NCBI GenBank assembly: GCA_964497535.1
Contig: CAZCCG010000001.1
Coordinates: forward strand, 130,688-194,687
Length of the DNA: 64,000 bases
Reading direction: 5' to 3'
Source of the DNA: an uncultured Gammaproteobacteria bacterium
GTDB lineage: Bacteria; Patescibacteriota; Microgenomatia; Levybacterales; UBA12049
Shown here: piece by piece, positions 17,264 through 24,803 of the stretch
How positions within the stretch are numbered: the stretch's first letter is position 1
How the letters are laid out: every line of letters begins with the position of its first letter
The notes under the pieces: generated by a model
What the model saw: only the letters and a program-made list of their open reading frames with translations
Databases searched by the model: none
What the model was told of the DNA's origin: nothing
Position numbers and translations under genes: made by a program

Positions 17264-18167
17264 ATAATGCGTATTGTTGGTCTTGAGTAAGAAGACGGGC
17301 GGCAGTGGTTATATCGTCCTGGTCAGGAAGAATACCACCGATCCCAATATGTGTCAAATGGTATATTTCATGAAAATCCTCATGAGAGAGTGATCCTTTG
17401 TGTTTTTCTTCTGCAGCGATGATCCGTAATAAGTCTACATCCTGGGGATTAGGAGCGGATAATAATCGTTCCCGTTGGTCGCCGGTAATATCAATGAGTC
17501 GAAAAGCCTCCATTCCCAAATGAATGCCAATTGCAAACTTAATCCGATCAAACAATATATCTCTTCCTTCAATAGCCCGCAGAAGTTGTGGATAGATAAC
17601 GCGGGCTTGCATCGGAGTGAAGTATCTCTGATCAATAAAATCACGTGACTGCTCCGGGGGAGTAGGCCATTCGCTAATGACGCTTCCGTCTTCTAATTTC
17701 TGGCGGGGAGGCATGGTATCAACATACCACATGGTGCCTGTAGCGTCTTTGCAAAAGTTAGCAGGCGGAGGATCCAGTGAGATAGGAAATCCGGCATCCC
17801 ACACGGTTCTGAAAAGATCCAGGTACTGACTGATATCAGTCAGTACTTCTTCGTTGGTTGTGTTGGGGTCACCAAATGACACCCGCAGATCCGCTCCTGC
17901 CGGAGATACTACTTCAACCAGATTTACCTTTCCGGGATGCCCATTTTTTTCTATGTAATGTCCTTTTGTTTGAGAAACAGGTACTCCTATCTCTGCGGCA
18001 ATTGCCGCAAAGCTTCTCATATGCATCGCAATATCCATTGCATGAGACTGCTCAAATCCATGAGCTTTTTGTCCATATTGCTTCATCAAAAGTTCTGTTC
18101 CTTGGGAGGACATGACAGAAGAGATAACCGAGTGAAATCCTGATACTGTCCTTTGCTCAATTGCCAT
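17256..18167 (-). CDS. hypothetical protein (first gene of the hypothetical/HAD/hexokinase operon)
   Basis: The long ORF extends to 18386 but overlaps the divergent regulator gene. The internal ATG at 18167 (MAIEQRTVSG...) leaves a sensible divergent promoter region. No domain recognized. Confidence 0.4.
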   Translation of the reverse strand: MAIEQRTVSGFHSVISSVMSSQGTELLMKQYGQKAHGFEQSHAMDIAMHMRSFAAIAAEIGVPVSQTKGHYIEKNGHPGKVNLVEVVSPAGADLRVSFGDPNTTNEEVLTDISQYLDLFRTVWDAGFPISLDPPPANFCKDATGTMWYVDTMPPRQKLEDGSVISEWPTPPEQSRDFIDQRYFTPMQARVIYPQLLRAIEGRDILFDRIKFAIGIHLGMEAFRLIDITGDQRERLLSAPNPQDVDLLRIIAAEEKHKGSLSHEDFHEIYHLTHIGIGGILPDQDDITTAARLLTQDQQYALYA

Positions 18168-18281
18168 AACAACTATTCTAAAAGACTTCGTATTGTTGTG
18201 CTTGACGCTTAGGAAACACGGTTCTGACAAAGGGCTGACAACAACCGCATATTGATAACGGGTGGGCAAAACCAGTACAAT

Positions 18282-19616
18282 ATGATGCACCATACTATGG
18301 AAACAGTTAATCTTGAAGCGGAATACCCAATAACATTCCACGAAAAAGAAGCCAGAGAGCTGGGACAGCATCTCAAAAGTCACCACTCAGTAGTTCTGAT
18401 TGGGATGAAGCGCGTAGGAATCAGTAACTTTCTGCGGTTTTTCCTCTATCATAAAGATATTGCCACAACCTACATCGGAGATGGTAAAAAACATCTTTTT
18501 ATTCATGTTGATCTTAATAATCTCGTAGAACGGGAGATACCGGCCTTCTGGACATTGACACTCAAACGGATTGTAGATTCGATTGAAAACACGGATATCC
18601 CGGGTAATATCAAAGATGACATTGAGTCGCTCTTTATGGATAGTATCCAGTCCCAGGATCTGTTTATCACTATTGATAGTGTACGTAAAAGCCTGATGAT
18701 GCTCGTTGAACAAAATATCGAGCCTACCCTCTTTTTTGTTCTTTTTGACCGTATGCAAGATGCTATTACGGTAGAGTTCTTCGCAAATTTACAAGGAATA
18801 CAAGATGCGGTTCATGATCGATTGTCGTATGTATTCACCAGTTTTCGAAGCCTGGATGTTGTTTCTCCGCAAGTATTTACTCGTCCTTCCTTGGTTGTAT
18901 TTTCGCATGATTCATATATCCGACCTGCCAAAAGGGCAGATGTTGAAATTGTTTTTGAAACGCTGCGGCAACAGTATGATTTGGCTGTTTCAGATGAATT
19001 GAGAGAATGGATTTTTGAGCTAGTGGATGGATACATGCGATATTTACATCTGGCGCTAATCCATCTGAATGAGAAAAAGCCGACAGATTTCAAGACAAAA
19101 GAAGAGTTATTCAAGAGCCTTTTGGAAGATGAACGGATTTATTTCCAGTCGGAAGAGCTGTGGGAGAGTTTGAGCCCACAAGAACAAGAAGTGCTGGTAC
19201 AGATTGAGAAAAAGCAGAAAGTTTCAGAAGAGAAAAAAAAGCAGGCAAAATATGTATGGGATACAGGATTTATCTTTGATGGGAAAGGAAAGTGGAATAT
19301 CTTTAGCCCTTTATTTGAGCATTATGTGTCAGAAAAGGTATCAGGACAAAAAAGTGAGGGTATAGTAGCAGGAACCGTTGAATTTACCAAGAAAGAGCAT
19401 TTACTCTTTGATTATCTCAAGAAAAATATCAATGACGTATGCGAGCGGGAGAAAATTATCGAAGCAGTCTGGCCGGAAGTTGAGGCATTGGGGGTTTCAG
19501 ATTGGGCAGTTGATCGACTCGTTGCGCGGGTGAGAAACAAGATGAAAGAGCAGCAAAGCAAGTACGAGATACAAACTATCAAAACCCGGGGGTACAAGCT
19601 CGTTTCTACCGAGTAA
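18282..19616 (+). CDS. transcriptional regulator: N-terminal degenerate P-loop NTPase-like domain plus C-terminal OmpR/PhoB-type winged-helix DNA-binding domain
   Basis: The C-terminal EREKIIEAVWPEVEALGVSDWAVDRLVARVRNKMKE...IQTIKTRGYKLVS is a classic trans_reg_C wHTH. The N-terminus has a Walker-A-like VVLIGMKRVGISNF (Lys replaced by Ile) and Walker-B-like hydrophobic-DE/DR stretches. The ORF-track start at 18252 is a TTG; the first ATG is at 18282. Confidence 0.55.
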   Translation: MMHHTMETVNLEAEYPITFHEKEARELGQHLKSHHSVVLIGMKRVGISNFLRFFLYHKDIATTYIGDGKKHLFIHVDLNNLVEREIPAFWTLTLKRIVDSIENTDIPGNIKDDIESLFMDSIQSQDLFITIDSVRKSLMMLVEQNIEPTLFFVLFDRMQDAITVEFFANLQGIQDAVHDRLSYVFTSFRSLDVVSPQVFTRPSLVVFSHDSYIRPAKRADVEIVFETLRQQYDLAVSDELREWIFELVDGYMRYLHLALIHLNEKKPTDFKTKEELFKSLLEDERIYFQSEELWESLSPQEQEVLVQIEKKQKVSEEKKKQAKYVWDTGFIFDGKGKWNIFSPLFEHYVSEKVSGQKSEGIVAGTVEFTKKEHLLFDYLKKNINDVCEREKIIEAVWPEVEALGVSDWAVDRLVARVRNKMKEQQSKYEIQTIKTRGYKLVSTE

Positions 19617-19659
19617 ATCCTCCACTAACTAGTCATTTTAGCCTCAAAACTCTAAAAAT

Positions 19660-19714
19660 TCGTGAATTATTCGGGAATTGCATTCGGAAATAATTCGGGA
19701 AATTCTCGGGAATT
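19660..19714 (+). promoter_or_regulatory. array of five direct repeats T(T)CG(G/T)GAA(A/T)T at 10-14 bp spacing (candidate operator)
   Basis: Copies begin at 19660 (TCGTGAATT), 19671 (TCGGGAATT), 19685 (TCGGAAATA), 19695 (TCGGGAAAT) and 19706 (TCGGGAATT), i.e. helical-turn periodicity, immediately upstream of promoter P1. Confidence 0.5.
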
Positions 19715-19739
19715 GTAGGCATGAACCTATCCTATAGTC

Positions 19740-19768
19740 TTGACTTGTGGCTACGTTTTTGCTATACT
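19740..19768 (+). promoter_or_regulatory. sigma70-type promoter P1 (TTGACT, 17 bp, TATACT)
   Basis: TTGACT at 19740-19745, a 17-nt spacer, TATACT at 19763-19768, embedded in the conserved context CCTATAGTCTTGACT...GCTATACTTT. Confidence 0.55.
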
Positions 19769-19918
19769 TTTCAGTAGTAAATTTCCCCCCATAAGCGCAT
19801 TTTTTGCTTCTGTGGGATAATTTATTTGGACTTTGAAATAATCAGAATCTTATGGATGCCTTTGTGGGTATATGGATACCTACGGAGGTGTTCATAAGTA
19901 ATAGGAGGGGAGAAGTGC

Positions 19919-20155
19919 ATGAGTCAGATGCAGATGGGATATGTCCCTCCGGATGAAGGTTCCTCGAAAGCCGTCTGCGGATCGTGTTGTACAATTCAGA
20001 ACACGTACTCCGACTACTGCGGAGTAAGCTGGATTAAACAGCATCGTTTGCAAGATGGTTCCTTCTGTCCCGGAGGCAGTAAGTTTCCTAATCTCAACGT
20101 AAGTCTTGTGGGTTTGCTCGTTTCCAAGAGGCTGGAAGGAGAGAGTCATGAGTAG
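19919..20155 (+). CDS. small Cys-rich protein (78 aa), first gene of GC-rich cassette 1
   Basis: Strong RBS AGGAGG 8 nt upstream of the ATG. Sequence MSQMQMGYVPPDEGSSKAVCGSCCTIQNTYSDYCGVSWIKQHRLQDGSFCPGG... has 5 Cys. Its stop overlaps the next ATG (ATGAGTAG), suggesting translational coupling. Confidence 0.4.
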   Translation: MSQMQMGYVPPDEGSSKAVCGSCCTIQNTYSDYCGVSWIKQHRLQDGSFCPGGSKFPNLNVSLVGLLVSKRLEGESHE

Positions 20156-20534
20156 GATACAGCCTGAGATGTCGCAACAGGAGATCGCAGAATTCTGCCG
20201 GGAATGGCAGGCTCACCTTGCTCTCCTGGAGGGCAAGGTCAACCCGGAGTATCTGCTCATCGCGCGTTGCGCGGTAACGCCGGAGAATTTCGGCCGCGAG
20301 CAGGGGCAGCTGAGCCCCATTCGGGAGAATTCTCCCTTCGATCTGTATTTTCTCCTCGTTCCGGCACCGGGGGTGCCGGATGCCTTGCTCATCTGCAGAT
20401 TGCAGGCCGAGCAGGTGCAGGAGGCTCTTGACCAGGAGGATCCTAGCCGCGTGGAGATCGATATCTCCACGGTCGAAGGACGCCTCTTCAAACTCCAGCT
20501 CGAGTTGCTGGAGTTGGGCTATCCGCCCAGGTAG
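20148..20534 (+). CDS. hypothetical acidic protein (129 aa) in very GC-rich DNA, second gene of cassette 1
   Basis: RBS AAGGAGAG 5 nt upstream of the ATG at 20148. MSRIQPEMSQQEIAEFCREWQAHLALLEGKVNPEYLLIARCAVTPENFGREQ... Codon usage (CTG/GCC/GGC/CGC) is unlike the neighbours. The GC-richness also produces long stop-free ORFs in other frames. Confidence 0.45.
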   Translation: MSRIQPEMSQQEIAEFCREWQAHLALLEGKVNPEYLLIARCAVTPENFGREQGQLSPIRENSPFDLYFLLVPAPGVPDALLICRLQAEQVQEALDQEDPSRVEIDISTVEGRLFKLQLELLELGYPPR

Positions 20535-20542
20535 TTTCTCAC

Positions 20543-20576
20543 GCCGCCTTTCCCATCTGGGGGAGGCGGCTTTTTA
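20543..20576 (+). terminator. rho-independent terminator of cassette 1
   Basis: GCCGCCTTTCCC-ATCT-GGGGGAGGCGGC stem-loop followed by TTTTTA. Confidence 0.55.
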
Positions 20577-20590
20577 TGGGAATGAGTCTT

Positions 20591-20621
20591 TCGGGAATAA
20601 ATCGGGAAATCCTCGGGAATT
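20591..20621 (+). promoter_or_regulatory. second array of three TCGGGAA(A/T)T direct repeats at 11-bp spacing (plus a degenerate fourth upstream)
   Basis: Copies begin at 20591, 20602 and 20613. Same motif and spacing as the 19660-19714 array, upstream of promoter P2. Confidence 0.5.
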
Positions 20622-20650
20622 ATATCGTCACAGCACTTTACCCTATAGTA

Positions 20651-20679
20651 TTGCACTTGAGGATAAGATCTGCTATACT
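20651..20679 (+). promoter_or_regulatory. sigma70-type promoter P2 (TTGCAC, 17 bp, TATACT)
   Basis: CCTATAGTATTGCAC...17 nt...GCTATACTTTC, paralogous to P1. Confidence 0.5.
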
Positions 20680-20720
20680 TTCTACGCTAGCCACATTCGC
20701 ATCAATGAAAGGACATATCT

Positions 20721-20891
20721 ATGTCTACATGTGGTACCCCGGCAGACCTGGGATATTATTCCGCCTTGATTAAGGACAAGCAGGAAAAATTGGCGATAAC
20801 AGCTTATCCGCAGGTCAAGCAATGTCTTGACTCTCAATGCCCGAGGTGTACGTGGCTCTTTACCCAGTTGCAGCAGCCAATTAGCTCGTAG
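20721..20891 (+). CDS. small Cys-containing peptide (56 aa), cassette 2
   Basis: MSTCGTPADLGYYSALIKDKQEKLAITAYPQVKQCLDSQCPRCTWLFTQLQQPISS with an AAAGGA RBS about 8 nt upstream. Not in the ORF track because it is under 60 aa. GC-elevated and followed by a hairpin. Confidence 0.3.
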   Translation: MSTCGTPADLGYYSALIKDKQEKLAITAYPQVKQCLDSQCPRCTWLFTQLQQPISS

Positions 20892-20896
20892 CATCC

Positions 20897-20940
20897 TAGC
20901 CGCTTATCCCTTTGGGATAGGCGGCTCATTTACTTTTATA
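20897..20940 (+). terminator. putative terminator hairpin of cassette 2
   Basis: TAGCCGCTTATCCC-TTTG-GGATAGGCGGCT stem-loop (similar in sequence to the cassette 1 terminator) followed by the T-rich stretch TTTACTTTTA. Confidence 0.4.
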
Positions 20941-20983
20941 GCCATCTCTTTATAGCAGCCTCACTTCATGTTACAATGACGCC

Positions 20984-23221
20984 ATGGAAAAAAGTTATAA
21001 TCCCAAAGAAGCAGAAGAAAAAATTTATAAGTTTTGGGAAGAAAAAGGCTACTTCAAATCCAATATTAATAAAAGTAAAAAGCCGTTTACTATTCTCCTT
21101 CCTCCTCCTAATGCAAGCGGTCGCATGCATACAGGGAACGTACTCATGATTGCTATTGAAGATTTGCTAATTCGATGGCATCGGATGAAGGGTGATCCTA
21201 CATTATGGATACCAGGCACTGATCATGCAGGGACTGAAACACAAATTACTTTTGAGCGAGAACTCAAGAAGCAAGGGAAATCACGATTCAATTTCAACCG
21301 GGAAGATTTATATAAGCAGATTTGGAATTTTGTACAAAACAATAGACATGTAATTGAAGACCAAATTAAAGAAATGGGAGCTTCAGTTGATTGGTCTCGT
21401 TATACTTTCACATTGGATGACAAAGTTATCAAGACAGTATATGCGACATTTAAGAAAATGACTGATGATGGGTTGGTATATCGTGGGGAGTACATGGTTA
21501 ATTATTGCCCGAAATGTGGCACAACGTATTCAGATGTTGAAATCTCACATATTGAACGAAAAGACCCGCTGTATTATATGAAATATGGACCGTTTGTCTT
21601 GGCAACCGTTCGACCGGAGACTAAATTTGGAGATACAGCAGTTGCAGTAAATCCGAAAGACAAGAGATACAAAGAATGGATTGGAAAAGAAATCGAAGTT
21701 GAGGGGTTAATTGGCAAAGTGACACTGAAAGTTATTGGGGATGATTATGTTGATCAGAAGTTTGGAACAGGAGTAGTAAAGGTGACTCCGGCTCATGACA
21801 AAAATGATTACGATGCCGGATTGCGACACCATCTTGAGATCCGTCCGGTGATTGATTTAAATGGAAAGCTCAATGAGCGAGCAGGAAAATATGCAGGGCT
21901 GAGTGTATTTGAAGCTCGCAAAAAGGTTGTTGAAGACCTGGAAGAAAAGGGACTTATCGAGAAAATGGATGAAAATTATCTCCATACGATTTCTGTATGC
22001 AAAGCAGGGCATGAAATCGAACCCATGGTTTTACCCAATTGGTTTATTCGAGTTGATGACAAAAAAAAGTCATTAAAGAAACCGGCATATGATGCCGTAA
22101 AGAGCGGACAAGTAAAGATTCTTCCTAAATGGCAGGAGAAACGGTACTTTTCATGGATTGAGGAAATGCGAGATTGGCCGATTTCTCGACAGAATACATG
22201 GGGGATTAGGATCCCTGTTTGGTATTCTTTAGAAAAAAACCCAACACTTCAAGTATCATATTTGAAAAATGATGGTCAGAGGGTCATTCGCAGTGGTGAA
22301 GGAATACTAGAAAAAAATGAATTTGAAGAAGCACAAAAAGGTCTTCAAAAAATCATCGCTCCAATCCAATGTACATCTGAGCTTGAGCCGTCATCTCCAA
22401 AAGAACATTATTTACAAGAAACAGACACTTTTGATACGTGGTTTTCCTCAGGTCAATGGCCCCTGGTGACTCTTGGTTATCCTGACTCTGAAGATTTCAA
22501 ATATTTTTATCCCACTTCGGTTATGGAGACTGGATGGGAAATTATGAGACTGTGGGTTTCTCGCATGATTATGTTCGGGATGTATATGACCGGTAAGCCG
22601 CCATTTGAATATGTATACCTTCATGGTCGTGTTATGGCTCCCGATGGTAGAAAGATGAGTAAGTCATTGGGAAATGTGATTAACCCCGAAGAATACCTCG
22701 ATCAATATGGGGCTGATGCTCTCCGGATGGGGCTTATTTCCGGAACCGCGACAGGACAGGATTTTTCCTTTCCGAAAGACAAAATTTTGGGCTACAAGCA
22801 TTTTGCCAATAAGATTTGGAATATGGCCCGGTTTATGCTCATGATGATAGACGAGTACGGTAAAGAGTTGTCCTTGGTTGAAGATCTTGCCAAAGACCAA
22901 CTTACCACAGAAGATAGGGTAATCCTTTCAGACCTGAATAAGCTGATCAAAGTGGTTGACGCATCTTTGGAGAAGTTCCGCTTTACCGATGCAGCAGAAG
23001 GTATTTATCAATTTATGTGGCATACTCTGGCAGATAAATATATAGAGGAAGTTAAAAAACGGGAAGATAAAGAAGTTGCTCTTTCAGTGTTAAGGCATGT
23101 ATATATGACAAGTTTGACGCTCCTTCATCCTTTTATGCCCTTTGTAACAGAAGCAATTTATCAGCAGATACCAGGGAGAAAAAGTGAATCGATTATGATA
23201 CAAAAATGGCCCTCGGAATAA
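20984..23221 (+). CDS. valS: valine--tRNA ligase (short form, no C-terminal coiled coil)
   Basis: PPPNASGRMHTGNV...LWIPGTDHAGTETQ, the editing-domain motifs (RPETKFGDTAVAVNP, GTGVVKVTPAHDKNDY) and KMSKSLGNVINP. Note that the HIGH signature reads HTGN. Confidence 0.85.
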   Translation: MEKSYNPKEAEEKIYKFWEEKGYFKSNINKSKKPFTILLPPPNASGRMHTGNVLMIAIEDLLIRWHRMKGDPTLWIPGTDHAGTETQITFERELKKQGKSRFNFNREDLYKQIWNFVQNNRHVIEDQIKEMGASVDWSRYTFTLDDKVIKTVYATFKKMTDDGLVYRGEYMVNYCPKCGTTYSDVEISHIERKDPLYYMKYGPFVLATVRPETKFGDTAVAVNPKDKRYKEWIGKEIEVEGLIGKVTLKVIGDDYVDQKFGTGVVKVTPAHDKNDYDAGLRHHLEIRPVIDLNGKLNERAGKYAGLSVFEARKKVVEDLEEKGLIEKMDENYLHTISVCKAGHEIEPMVLPNWFIRVDDKKKSLKKPAYDAVKSGQVKILPKWQEKRYFSWIEEMRDWPISRQNTWGIRIPVWYSLEKNPTLQVSYLKNDGQRVIRSGEGILEKNEFEEAQKGLQKIIAPIQCTSELEPSSPKEHYLQETDTFDTWFSSGQWPLVTLGYPDSEDFKYFYPTSVMETGWEIMRLWVSRMIMFGMYMTGKPPFEYVYLHGRVMAPDGRKMSKSLGNVINPEEYLDQYGADALRMGLISGTATGQDFSFPKDKILGYKHFANKIWNMARFMLMMIDEYGKELSLVEDLAKDQLTTEDRVILSDLNKLIKVVDASLEKFRFTDAAEGIYQFMWHTLADKYIEEVKKREDKEVALSVLRHVYMTSLTLLHPFMPFVTEAIYQQIPGRKSESIMIQKWPSE

Positions 23222-23234
23222 TATAAAATGAAAA

Positions 23235-23645
23235 ATGCATATGAAACAGATTGCTGCAGTTATTCTGGAGAATAAAAACAAAGAATTGTTGTTCTATCTA
23301 AGGGATAACAATCAACAAATTCCATTTCCTCATCATTGGGATTTGTTTGGTGGACATGTAGAAGAAGGAGAAACACCGGAAGTTGCGCTCAAACGGGAAG
23401 TCCAGGAAGAGTTGGGGATAGAGTTATTGGATCTTAAGTTCTTCAAAAAATATACGGTTTTGACAGGAGATGTCCATCAAAATATAAAATATATCTATAC
23501 TGCGCCAATTGATATCCCGGCTTCACTGTTAAAACTTCAAGAAGGAGAACGGCTTCAATATTTCTCACGAGAAGAAATTCCTCAGCTTAAATTTGCCAAT
23601 GTTTTGAGAGATATTGTGTTGGATTATCTTGAACGTACAAAATAA
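23235..23645 (+). CDS. NUDIX hydrolase
   Basis: Nudix box GGHVEEGETPEVALKREVQEELGIE. Confidence 0.75.
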   Translation: MHMKQIAAVILENKNKELLFYLRDNNQQIPFPHHWDLFGGHVEEGETPEVALKREVQEELGIELLDLKFFKKYTVLTGDVHQNIKYIYTAPIDIPASLLKLQEGERLQYFSREEIPQLKFANVLRDIVLDYLERTK

Positions 23646-23750
23646 TGTATAATTTGCCATCGCGAGTAAAGCGCGGCGATCTCAAACATTCATGACCTGC
23701 CTGTAGGGATTACTTCGTCACTTCGTTTCTCGCAATGACAGTAAGTAGAT

Positions 23751-24386
23751 ATGAAAAAGATGAGCTGGAAGCCGCCATTTTATAAACACAAGAAGAAGGT
23801 TTTTGAAAAAGTTCTCAGTGTGAGTAGCTTTATACATCAAATTGGTGAATCTGATAACCTGCGGAAACCTTCTGCTCAAGTTCCTCTGGCAACAATTACA
23901 AGTCAAGCATTTCAAAAGAAAGTTCAGTACTTAAAGTCATGTATGAGAAAGTATCGTAAGCTGACCGGGGCTGGAAGAGGAATAACAGCTGTTCAAATTG
24001 GCATACCTGAGTGTTTTTCCGTCATATACATGCCTCAATTGAAAGGTAACCTTCTTATTGTTATCAATCCGAAGATTACCAAAAAATCAAAAGAACTATT
24101 GAAGTATCCGGAAGTATGTATGAGCGCAAATCCGATTATTGCTTCAGTTACTCGTCCTGCATGGATAGAATTTGAATATTATGATGAAGCAGGAAAGAAG
24201 CAGCATTGGAATATCAAAGCAGATACAAAAGAAGGTACTTTGTACAATCGGGTTTTCCAGCATGAAATCGACCATATGCATGGTATTATTAATATAGATC
24301 TGGTTAATTCCAATACTCTTATTTTCGAATCAGATCCCACATTTTATGTCAAAGCGGCGTTCGAAAAAGTTAAAAGCACAAATTAG
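23751..24386 (+). CDS. def: peptide deformylase
   Basis: Motif 1 GAGRGITAVQIG, motif 2 EVCMSAN and motif 3 QHEIDHMHG (the HExxH metal site). Confidence 0.7.
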   Translation: MKKMSWKPPFYKHKKKVFEKVLSVSSFIHQIGESDNLRKPSAQVPLATITSQAFQKKVQYLKSCMRKYRKLTGAGRGITAVQIGIPECFSVIYMPQLKGNLLIVINPKITKKSKELLKYPEVCMSANPIIASVTRPAWIEFEYYDEAGKKQHWNIKADTKEGTLYNRVFQHEIDHMHGIINIDLVNSNTLIFESDPTFYVKAAFEKVKSTN

Positions 24387-24798
24387 AGCCCAAAAGGCTG
24401 CCAAAATAACTGCCGAAGTAGTCAAAGTTGAACCTCAAAAACGACCGCGAAAGAAATTTCTTCAAAAACTCTTCATGGACTGGTTTTTTATTGCCAGTCT
24501 TCTGATGCTTCTTCTTATTTTTGCGATAGGAATTATTGGGGTAGATGTGAAGCGAAATACACAGCGGCTGGAAGAAAAAATGACTGCCCAACATGGTGTG
24601 GAACAACAAAAAAAGAAATGGGAGGGAATTGTGAGCAAGTATCCCAATTATCGGGATGGATATTTCAAAGCAGCACAGTATGAATATCAACTGGGAGATA
24701 AGAAAAAAGCGTTGGCAAATGTACAACAGGCGCTTTTTATAGATCCAAATTTCGAAATCGGGAGAAAATTTGAGGCTTTTCTAAAATCCAAACAATAA
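24346..24798 (+). CDS. hypothetical single-TM protein with a TPR-like C-terminus
   Basis: Basic N-terminus, TM helix FFIASLLMLLLIFAIGIIGV, and a C-terminal helical repeat. Overlaps the def end by 41 nt; the real start may be the internal Met at about 24475 (MDWFF...). Confidence 0.3.
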   Translation: MSKRRSKKLKAQIRAQKAAKITAEVVKVEPQKRPRKKFLQKLFMDWFFIASLLMLLLIFAIGIIGVDVKRNTQRLEEKMTAQHGVEQQKKKWEGIVSKYPNYRDGYFKAAQYEYQLGDKKKALANVQQALFIDPNFEIGRKFEAFLKSKQ

Positions 24799-24803
24799 GC
24801 AGA

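Noticed and set aside
20204-20769. Long alternative-frame ORFs in the GC-rich island (20204-20431 plus, 20213-20491 minus, 20380-20769 plus)
   Set aside because: High GC suppresses stop codons in all frames. These lack RBSs and have Arg/Ala/Gly/Pro-rich artefactual composition. The frame starting at 20148 has the RBS and coupling to the upstream ORF.
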